DNA of 29,237 nucleotides from the sequence record NC_028943.1, one strand, 5' to 3'. Below the pieces are notes generated by a model, which saw only the letters and a program-made list of their open reading frames with translations, did no database searches and had not been told where the DNA came from. Positions 17,549 to 24,714 of the stretch are shown here, one piece after another; position 1 is the stretch's first letter, and each line of letters starts with the position of its first letter. Origin of the DNA: Escherichia phage pro483. The position numbers and the translations under genes are program-made.

Positions 17549-18457
17549 ATGCCGATTATCGACCTGAACCAGCTACCCGCACCGGATGTGGTCGAGGAGC
17601 TGGACTTTGAAACCATTCTTGCCGAACGCAAGGCGACACTGATTTCCCTTTACCCGGAAGACCAGCAGGAGGCGGTTGCCCGTACCCTGACGCTGGAATC
17701 CGAGCCTCTCGTCAAACTGCTGGAGGAAAATGCTTATCGTGAGCTTATCTGGCGTCAGCGTGTGAATGAGGCCGCACGGGCGGTAATGCTGGCCTGTGCC
17801 GCCGGTAATGACCTTGATGTGATTGGTGCCAATTACAACACCACGCGCCTGATTATCACCCCGGCAGATGATTCGACCATCCCGCCGACACCGGCAGTGA
17901 TGGAGTCTGACACCGATTATCGTCTGCGTATTCAGCAGGCGTTTGAGGGCTTAAGCGTCGCCGGGTCGGTGGGAGCCTATCAGTATCATGGTCGCAGTGC
18001 CGACGGGCGTGTCGCGGATATCTCTGTCACCAGTCCGTCTCCGGCCTGCGTCACTATCTCTGTGCTGTCACGTGAAAATAACGGCGTCGCATCCGAAGAC
18101 CTGCTGGCCGTGGTGCGTAACGCCCTTAATGGCGAGGACGTCAGGCCGGTGGCCGACCGCGTGACCGTGCAGTCTGCCGCCATCGTTGAATACCAGATAA
18201 ACGCCACGCTTTACCTTTACCCTGGTCCCGAAAGCGAACCCATCCGCGCTGCTGCCGTGAAAAAGCTGGAAGCGTACATCACGGCACAGCACCGGCTGGG
18301 GCGCGACATCCGTCTGTCTGCCATTTATGCCGCGTTGCATGTGGAAGGCGTGCAGCGTGTCGAGCTGGCCGCACCTCTGGCTGACATTGTGCTCAACAGT
18401 ACGCAGGCGTCTTTCTGCACCGAATACAGCGTCGTGACCGGAGGCTCGGATGAGTGA
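17549..18457 (+). CDS. J: Baseplate assembly protein J
   Basis: 302 aa, same as P2 J. Confidence 0.9.
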   Translation: MPIIDLNQLPAPDVVEELDFETILAERKATLISLYPEDQQEAVARTLTLESEPLVKLLEENAYRELIWRQRVNEAARAVMLACAAGNDLDVIGANYNTTRLIITPADDSTIPPTPAVMESDTDYRLRIQQAFEGLSVAGSVGAYQYHGRSADGRVADISVTSPSPACVTISVLSRENNGVASEDLLAVVRNALNGEDVRPVADRVTVQSAAIVEYQINATLYLYPGPESEPIRAAAVKKLEAYITAQHRLGRDIRLSAIYAALHVEGVQRVELAAPLADIVLNSTQASFCTEYSVVTGGSDE

Positions 18458-19061
18458 TTCGCGCCTGCTGCCGACCGGCTCATCACCGCTTGAAGTTGCC
18501 GCCGCAAAAGCCTGTGCGGAAATTGAAAAAACGCCGGTCAGTATTCGTGAGCTGTGGAACCCGGACACCTGCCCGGCAAATCTGCTGCCGTGGCTGGCGT
18601 GGTCATTTTCGGTTGACCGCTGGGATGATAAGTGGCCGGAAGCGACAAAACGCGCTGTTATCCGCGATGCGTATTTCATTCACTGCCATAAGGGCACTAT
18701 TGGTGCGATTCGCCGTGTGGTGGAGCCGCTCGGCTATCTGATTGAGGTGAGGGAGTGGTGGCAGCTCAACGAGGAGCCGGGGACGTTCCGCATCGTTGTT
18801 GGCGTGCTTGAGCAGGGTATTACCGAGGAAATGTATCAGGAGCTGGAGCGTCTCGTTGCTGATGCAAAACCTGCAAGCCGCCATCTGACGGGACTGGCTA
18901 TCAGTTTAAGTACAACCGGCAACATTTTTGCCGGTGCGGGATGCTATCACGGCGACGCCCTGACGGTTTATCCCTACACCCCGGAGGCCATTATTGTCGG
19001 AGGGGATTATTTCCCGGCCTCGGCCATTCATTTAATTGATAACCTGAGAGTAAACGCATGA
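18450..19061 (+). CDS. I: Baseplate / tail protein I
   Basis: 203 aa (P2 I is about 176 aa from memory); overlaps J and H in the operon. Confidence 0.85.
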   Translation: MSDSRLLPTGSSPLEVAAAKACAEIEKTPVSIRELWNPDTCPANLLPWLAWSFSVDRWDDKWPEATKRAVIRDAYFIHCHKGTIGAIRRVVEPLGYLIEVREWWQLNEEPGTFRIVVGVLEQGITEEMYQELERLVADAKPASRHLTGLAISLSTTGNIFAGAGCYHGDALTVYPYTPEAIIVGGDYFPASAIHLIDNLRVNA

Positions 19062-20257
19062 CAGTGAAATACTACGCCATTCTGACTAATCAGGGCGCGG
19101 CACGGCTGGCTAACGCGACGATGCTCGGCAGTAAGCTGAATCTGACGCAAATGGCCGTTGGTGATGCAAATGGTGTGTTACCAACACCAGACCCTGCACA
19201 AACAAAACTGATTAACCAGAAACGCATTGCACCGCTGAATCTTCTGAGTGTTGACCCGAATAACCAGAGCCAGATTATTGCGGAGCAAATCATCCCTGAG
19301 AACGAGGGCGGATTCTGGATCCGTGAGATTGGGCTTTATGATGATGAAGGCGTACTCATTGCGGTGGCAAACTGCCCGGAAACGTACAAACCGCAGTTGC
19401 AGGAAGGAAGCGGTCGTACCCAGACTATCCGCATGATTCTGGTTGTCTCGAATACCGAAGCCATCACGCTGAAAATCGATCCGTCGGTGGTACTGGCGAC
19501 CCGTAAATACGTGGATGATGAAGTCCTGGAATTAAGGCTGTATGTGGATGACCAGATGAGAAACCACATTGCCGCACAGGATCCTCATACCCAGTATGCA
19601 CAGAAACATAATCCGACATTTACCGGAGAACCAAAAGCGCCGACGCCTGCCGCAGGAAATAACACCACGCGGATTGCGACCACTGCGTTTGTTCAGGCCG
19701 CTATTACCGCTCTGATTAACGGTGCGCCAGCCACGCTGGACACACTGAAAGAAATTGCCGCAGCCATTAACAATGACCCGAAATTCAGCACCACCATTAA
19801 CAATGCGCTGTCAGGTAAGCAGCCACTGGATGAGACGCTGACTCATTTGAGCGGAAAGGATGTTGCCGGCCTTCTCGCATACCTTGGTTTGGGAGAAGCG
19901 GCAAAACGGGATGTAGGGACAGGGGAAAATCAGATACCGGACATGGCCTCGTTTGCCAGTGGTGATGGATGGATGAAATTACCCAACGGGAAAATCCTGC
20001 AATATGGTCGTGGTGCGGTTACGCCGACATTATCGACGCAAACAATGAGAATTACATTCAGCATCCCTTTTCCTAAAAAAGTGGACTGCGCCATGCTTAC
20101 TCATTCTGGTGATGGTGGTGCGCCTTTAGGTGCTGGGCGGGGATTCGTGATGACCGCAGAAGGCCCAACATTAACCGGTTTTAATTCTGCTTACAGAACG
20201 TCATCAACCAGCGACACGGTATCGATGAATTACAGTTGGTGGGCTGTTGGTGAGTAA
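19058..20257 (+). CDS. H: Tail fibre protein H (constant N-terminal part plus currently expressed variable C-terminal module Hv)
   Basis: 399 aa; N-terminus MTVKYYAILTNQGAARLANA... is P2 H-like; a 26-bp recombination site sits in-frame at codons LAYLGLGE (19872-19897). Confidence 0.9.
   Translation: MTVKYYAILTNQGAARLANATMLGSKLNLTQMAVGDANGVLPTPDPAQTKLINQKRIAPLNLLSVDPNNQSQIIAEQIIPENEGGFWIREIGLYDDEGVLIAVANCPETYKPQLQEGSGRTQTIRMILVVSNTEAITLKIDPSVVLATRKYVDDEVLELRLYVDDQMRNHIAAQDPHTQYAQKHNPTFTGEPKAPTPAAGNNTTRIATTAFVQAAITALINGAPATLDTLKEIAAAINNDPKFSTTINNALSGKQPLDETLTHLSGKDVAGLLAYLGLGEAAKRDVGTGENQIPDMASFASGDGWMKLPNGKILQYGRGAVTPTLSTQTMRITFSIPFPKKVDCAMLTHSGDGGAPLGAGRGFVMTAEGPTLTGFNSAYRTSSTSDTVSMNYSWWAVGE
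19872..19897. repeat. Left crossover site for the DNA invertase (gix/hix/cix-like), TTCTCGCATACC-TT-GGTTTGGGAGAA
   Basis: 26-bp pseudo-palindrome resembling hixL/gix sites (TTxTC..AAACC / GGTTT..GAxAA); inverted relative to the site at 21775-21800 with the GGTTTGGGAGAA half identical. Confidence 0.65.
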
Positions 20258-20277
20258 TTTTATTCAGGGTGATTTAT

Positions 20278-20721
20278 ATGAACGAATATGTTTATAGCGC
20301 AAGGCATAATGCTTTTTTCCCTGTGGATATGATTGATAAATATAAATCAGAGGGATGGGATTTATCAGACGCTAAGGAAGTAAATCAAAATATTATCAGT
20401 GAGTTTATGGCTGAACCGCCACAAGGAAAAATCCGTATTGCCGGAGATGATGGGCTGCCTGCGTGGGCAGATATTCCTCCACCCACGCATGAAGAGCTTA
20501 TTGAAATTACTGAATCAGAAAGACAGCTACTAATTAACCAGGCCAACGAATACATGAACAGTAAGCAATGGCCCGGTAAAGCCGCTATTGGTCGTCTGAA
20601 AGGTGAGGAACTGGCGCAATATAATTTGTGGCTGGATTATCTGGATGCACTGGAGCTGGTTGATACCTCCAGTGCACCAGATATTGAATGGCCTACGCCT
20701 CCGGCAGTTCAGGCCAGATGA
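20278..20721 (+). CDS. G: Tail fibre assembly chaperone G (orientation currently expressed)
   Basis: 147 aa from ATG 20278 (the ORF track starts at GTG 20269); C-terminus ...LWLDYLDALELVDTSSAPDIEWPTPP resembles the conserved tail-fibre-assembly C-terminal motif; AT-rich 5' half. Confidence 0.8.
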   Translation: MNEYVYSARHNAFFPVDMIDKYKSEGWDLSDAKEVNQNIISEFMAEPPQGKIRIAGDDGLPAWADIPPPTHEELIEITESERQLLINQANEYMNSKQWPGKAAIGRLKGEELAQYNLWLDYLDALELVDTSSAPDIEWPTPPAVQAR

Positions 20722-21295
20722 CATCCGGCGCGGTGCTGGTATCTGTTGCCGTCACCGCGTCAATGTAATCCAGCACAGCGTTAAGTCTGGTTGTTTCTGC
20801 CTGCGTCAACTTCCGTCCGGCCTGTAATTTCAGCTGAATCAGACTAATGGAAGCCATTGCTGCATCAATCAGTGACTGGCGCTGTGCTTCTGCCGCGTCT
20901 ACTGCGGCACTATGCTGTGCCTCAGTATCCGTCACCCATTTCTCACCATCCCATTTATCATATGGCGTTAACGGGGCGATAGTGGTTGTATTTTCAGGGT
21001 AATCACCCGGAGCTGTGATTTCTTTCGATTCTCCTGTTTCGGTGCTATAGATGATTTCACCGCGATGGTCTGGCACATATTCCCATGAGTTAAAATCTGC
21101 AGAACGGCAGATTGCATAACCAGCTTTGTATGCGCCTGGGGCATCTAAACAGGAATATGCCGGAATGCCGACACCAATAGCAAGATATTCAGTTGAGGCT
21201 GAAATATATTCCCAACTCATGACATCAAAGTTATAAACAGTAATTTCTCCTGCCATAGTGGCAATTAATTCACTGTTTAATTCTGCGTTATTCAT
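20693..21295 (-). CDS. Alternative tail fibre assembly chaperone G' (partner of Hv')
   Basis: 200 aa on the opposite strand; C-terminus ...LNAVLDYIDAVTATDTSTAPDVIWPELPEA shares the motif with G; converges tail-to-tail with G (29-bp overlap). Confidence 0.8.
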   Translation of the reverse strand: MNNAELNSELIATMAGEITVYNFDVMSWEYISASTEYLAIGVGIPAYSCLDAPGAYKAGYAICRSADFNSWEYVPDHRGEIIYSTETGESKEITAPGDYPENTTTIAPLTPYDKWDGEKWVTDTEAQHSAAVDAAEAQRQSLIDAAMASISLIQLKLQAGRKLTQAETTRLNAVLDYIDAVTATDTSTAPDVIWPELPEA

Positions 21296-21786
21296 TATGC
21301 AGCCCTCACAATATAGTTAAAAGCGACATTTCGTGGGCGTGTTTCATTCGCACCTGCAGGTTTAGTCGTTGCCGCAACAACACCACCCTCTGTAATAGCC
21401 GGGTTGGGAATTGGGTAATTATCGAAGTCAATGGCCGGAGACAGGGGCTTGATTTGTTTTAAAATCGTGGTGCCTGTAAAACTTTCCAGAGTCTGGTCGT
21501 TAGTTCGTGAAGTCCAGATTCCCCAATAGTGGTTATGACTGACAATCGCACCGTCCTGAAGCGTTAATAATCCCCTTCCGTTATCCACTCCACGCCCATC
21601 ATCCCAGCCACGAATAAACTCACCGCGTAAATCAGGCAATTTATTTGTCGGGTAAACCTTTGCCAGTTCCGGGTATTCTTCAGCAGAAAAAGCCGCCCCG
21701 TTGCATTTCAGCCAGCCTGTCGGCGGAGTGGCTGAAGGCCACGGAACAGGCACACCGACGGGTAATGCCGAACCTTCTCCCAAACC
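21295..21786 (-). CDS. Alternative tail-fibre C-terminal module Hv' (promoterless; fused to the H constant region only after inversion)
   Basis: ORF of 177 aa on the track, but the functional part starts at the crossover (codons GLGE at 21775-21786); contains a tail-collar-like motif (WLKCNGAAFSAEEYPELAKVY...LPDLRGEF); same codon phase as H across the shared GGTTTGGGAGAA. Confidence 0.7.
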   Translation of the reverse strand, partial: GLGEGSALPVGVPVPWPSATPPTGWLKCNGAAFSAEEYPELAKVYPTNKLPDLRGEFIRGWDDGRGVDNGRGLLTLQDGAIVSHNHYWGIWTSRTNDQTLESFTGTTILKQIKPLSPAIDFDNYPIPNPAITEGGVVAATTKPAGANETRPRNVAFNYIVRAA

Positions 21787-21800
21787 AACGTTTATGAAAA
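21775..21800. repeat. Right crossover site for the DNA invertase, TTCTCCCAAACC-AA-CGTTTATGAAAA
   Basis: Reverse complement TTTTCATAAACG-TT-GGTTTGGGAGAA shares the full right half with the left site; lies 56 bp upstream of the invertase start. Confidence 0.65.
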
Positions 21801-21855
21801 TGCAGAGATAACGGGTAACTGGCATCATCTCCGGTTTTTATTCAGGGGGATGCTC

Positions 21856-22449
21856 ATGCTTATTGGCTATGTACGCGTGTCAACAAATGACCAGAACACG
21901 GAATTGCAGCGTAACGCGCTGGAGTGCGCAGGATGTGAGCTGATTTTTGAGGATAAAATCAGCGGCACTAAGTCCGACCGACCGGGACTGAAAAAACTGC
22001 TCAGGACATTATCGGAGGGGGATACACTGGTGGTCTGGAAGCTGGACAGGCTGGGGCGTAATATGCGGCATCTGGTCATTCTGGTTGAGGAACTGCGCGA
22101 ACGCGGCGTTAATTTTCGCAGCCTGACGGATGCTATTGATACCAGCACGCCGATGGGGCGTTTTTTCTTTCATGTGATGGGTGCCCTGGCTGAAATGGAA
22201 CGAGAACTCATTGTCGAGCGGACTCGGGCCGGGCTGGAAGCGGCCAGAGCCAAAGGTCGTATTGGTGGCAGACGTCCTAAACTCTCCACGAGTGAGTGGG
22301 AGCAGGCCGGGCGTTTGCTGGCTGCAGGGGAGTCACGTCAACGCGTGGCACTGATTTTTGATATTGGTCTGTCCACGCTCTATAAAAAATTCCCCTCATC
22401 AGCGACAAAGAATAAATTGTGTCATCCCTTAACCAACCGGGACAAATAG
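21856..22449 (+). CDS. Serine DNA invertase (Gin/Pin/Hin/Cin family)
   Basis: N-terminus MLIGYVRVSTNDQNTELQRNAL... with catalytic serine context and C-terminal HTH, closely resembling Gin/Pin; start at ATG 21856 (GGGGGA Shine-Dalgarno spacing fits better than ATG 21850). Confidence 0.9.
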   Translation: MLIGYVRVSTNDQNTELQRNALECAGCELIFEDKISGTKSDRPGLKKLLRTLSEGDTLVVWKLDRLGRNMRHLVILVEELRERGVNFRSLTDAIDTSTPMGRFFFHVMGALAEMERELIVERTRAGLEAARAKGRIGGRRPKLSTSEWEQAGRLLAAGESRQRVALIFDIGLSTLYKKFPSSATKNKLCHPLTNRDK

Positions 22450-22508
22450 CCTGACATCTCCGGCACAACTGAAAATACCACTCACCCATTAACCACGGAG
22501 TTAAACGG
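22450..22508 (+). promoter_or_regulatory. Intergenic region upstream of FI (expected late promoter)
   Basis: Position only; ACGGAG Shine-Dalgarno at 22495-22500; no motif confidently recognised. Confidence 0.35.
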
Positions 22509-23699
22509 ATGAGTGACTATCATCACGGCGTGCAGGTGCTGGAGATTAACGACGGCACCCGCGTCATTTCCACCGTATCCACTGCCATTGTCGGCATGGT
22601 CTGCACGGCCAGCGATGCGGATGCGGAAACCTTCCCCCTCAATAAACCTGTGCTGATTACCAATGTGCAGAGCGCAATTGCAAAGGCCGGTAAAAAAGGC
22701 ACTCTGGCGGCATCGTTGCAGGCCATCGCCGACCAGTCAAAACCGGTCACAGTTGTCGTGCGTGTGGAAGACGGCACCGGCGACGACGAGGAAACGAAAC
22801 TCGCGCAGACCGTTTCCAATATCATCGGCACCACCGACGAAAACGGTCAGTACACCGGACTGAAAGCCCTGCTGGCGGCAGAGTCGGTAACCGGTGTTAA
22901 ACCGCGTATTCTCGGAGTGCCGGGACTGGACACCAAAGAGGTGGCTGTTGCACTGGCATCAGTCTGTCAGAAGCTGCGCGCTTTCGGGTATATCAGCGCA
23001 TGGGGCTGTAAAACCATTTCCGAGGTGAAAGCCTACCGTCAGAATTTCAGCCAGCGTGAGCTGATGGTCATCTGGCCGGATTTCCTCGCATGGGATACGG
23101 TCACGAGTACCACCGCCACCGCGTATGCCACTGCCCGTGCGCTGGGACTGCGTGCCAAAATCGACCAGGAGCAGGGCTGGCATAAAACGCTGTCCAACGT
23201 CGGGGTAAACGGTGTTACCGGCATCAGCGCATCTGTATTCTGGGATTTGCAGGAGTCCGGCACCGATGCTGACCTGCTGAACGAGTCAGGCGTCACAACG
23301 CTGATTCGTCGTGACGGTTTCCGCTTCTGGGGTAACCGTACCTGCTCTGATGACCCGCTGTTCCTCTTTGAAAACTACACCCGCACCGCGCAGGTGCTGG
23401 CCGACACGATGGCTGAGGCGCACATGTGGGCGGTGGACAAGCCCATCACCGCAACGCTGATTCGCGACATCGTTGACGGCATCAATGCCAAATTCCGTGA
23501 GCTGAAAACAAACGGCTATATCGTGGATGCGACCTGCTGGTTTAGCGAAGAATCCAACGATGCGGAAACCCTCAAGGCCGGAAAACTGTATATCGACTAT
23601 GACTATACACCGGTGCCTCCTCTCGAAAACCTGACCCTGCGCCAGCGTATCACCGATAAATACCTGGCAAATCTGGTCACCTCGGTTAACAGCAATTAA
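22509..23699 (+). CDS. FI: Contractile tail sheath protein FI
   Basis: 396 aa, same as P2 FI. Confidence 0.95.
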   Translation: MSDYHHGVQVLEINDGTRVISTVSTAIVGMVCTASDADAETFPLNKPVLITNVQSAIAKAGKKGTLAASLQAIADQSKPVTVVVRVEDGTGDDEETKLAQTVSNIIGTTDENGQYTGLKALLAAESVTGVKPRILGVPGLDTKEVAVALASVCQKLRAFGYISAWGCKTISEVKAYRQNFSQRELMVIWPDFLAWDTVTSTTATAYATARALGLRAKIDQEQGWHKTLSNVGVNGVTGISASVFWDLQESGTDADLLNESGVTTLIRRDGFRFWGNRTCSDDPLFLFENYTRTAQVLADTMAEAHMWAVDKPITATLIRDIVDGINAKFRELKTNGYIVDATCWFSEESNDAETLKAGKLYIDYDYTPVPPLENLTLRQRITDKYLANLVTSVNSN

Positions 23700-23711
23700 G
23701 GAGCCTGACCG

Positions 23712-24230
23712 ATGGCAATGCCGCGCAAACTCAAGTTAATGAACGTCTTTCTGAACGGCTACAGCTATCAGGGCGTTGCAAAGTCCGTCACGCTGCCAAA
23801 ACTGACCCGTAAGCTCGAAAACTATCGCGGTGCGGGGATGAACGGCAGCGCACCGGTAGACCTCGGCCTTGATGACGATGCGCTGTCAATGGAGTGGTCG
23901 CTCGGTGGCTTCCCGGATTCGGTTATCTGGGAGCTCTACGCCGCAACCGGCGTGGATGCCGTACCGATTCGTTTTGCTGGCTCTTACCAGCGCGACGATA
24001 CAGGCGAAACGGTGGCCGTCGAGGTGGTCATGCGTGGCCGTCAGAAAGAAATCGACACCGGCGAGGGTAAACAGGGAGAAGACACCGAGTCGAAAATCTC
24101 CGTGGTCTGCACCTATTTCCGGCTGACGATGGACGGTAAGGAGCTGGTCGAAATCGACACCATCAACATGATTGAGAAGGTGAACGGCGTCGACCGGCTG
24201 GAGCAACACCGCCGCAATATCGGCCTGTGA
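23712..24230 (+). CDS. FII: Tail tube protein FII
   Basis: 172 aa, same as P2 FII; strong AAGGAG Shine-Dalgarno at 23697-23702. Confidence 0.95.
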   Translation: MAMPRKLKLMNVFLNGYSYQGVAKSVTLPKLTRKLENYRGAGMNGSAPVDLGLDDDALSMEWSLGGFPDSVIWELYAATGVDAVPIRFAGSYQRDDTGETVAVEVVMRGRQKEIDTGEGKQGEDTESKISVVCTYFRLTMDGKELVEIDTINMIEKVNGVDRLEQHRRNIGL

Positions 24231-24286
24231 TTTTCATCCGGTCAGCCAGGCTGACCGGTTAACCCTGATTCAGAAGTGAGAAAACC

Positions 24287-24562
24287 ATGAACAAAGAAAA
24301 TGTGATTACCCTGGACAATCCGGTCAAGCGTGGTGAGCAGGTTATCGAACAGGTCACGCTGATGAAACCCAATGCCGGGACGCTGCGCGGTGTCAGTCTG
24401 GCTGCGGTCGCGAACTCCGAAGTCGATGCACTGATTAAAGTGCTGCCGCGCATGACGGCACCGATGCTGACCGAACAGGAGGTCGCCGCGCTGGAACTGC
24501 CTGACCTTGTGGCGCTGGCCGGTAAGGTGGTCGGTTTTTTGTCGCCGAACTCGGTGCAGTGA
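24287..24562 (+). CDS. E: Tail assembly chaperone E
   Basis: 91 aa, same as P2 E; contains the slippery heptamer T-TTT-TTG at 24535-24541 near its 3' end. Confidence 0.85.
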   Translation: MNKENVITLDNPVKRGEQVIEQVTLMKPNAGTLRGVSLAAVANSEVDALIKVLPRMTAPMLTEQEVAALELPDLVALAGKVVGFLSPNSVQ

Positions 24563-24714
24563 CGTTTCCGAAAAATCTCTCGGTCGATGACCTGATGGCG
24601 GATGTGGCAGTGATATTTCACTGGCCGCCATCAGAACTGTATCCCATGAGCCTGACCGAACTCATCACATGGCGCGAAAAGGCGCTCCGGCGAAGCGGAA
24701 ACACGAATGAGTAA
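24287..24714 (+). CDS. E': Tail assembly chaperone E+E' (programmed -1 ribosomal frameshift product)
   Basis: A -1 shift at TTTTTTG (24535-24541) continues in an open frame to TAA 24712-24714 (hand-translated ...VAELGAVTFPKNLSVDDLMADVAVIFHWPPSELYPMSLTELITWREKALRRSGNTNE), ending just inside the T start; about 142 aa, as remembered for P2 E+E'. Confidence 0.7.

Larger units (their letters stand above)
19885..21788. other. Invertible tail-fibre segment (host-range switch) of about 1.9 kb
   Basis: Bounded by inverted 26-bp sites; contains Hv+G on the plus strand and Hv'+G' on the minus strand; the invertase gene lies just outside the right boundary (Mu G / P1 C / e14 P arrangement). Confidence 0.7.
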
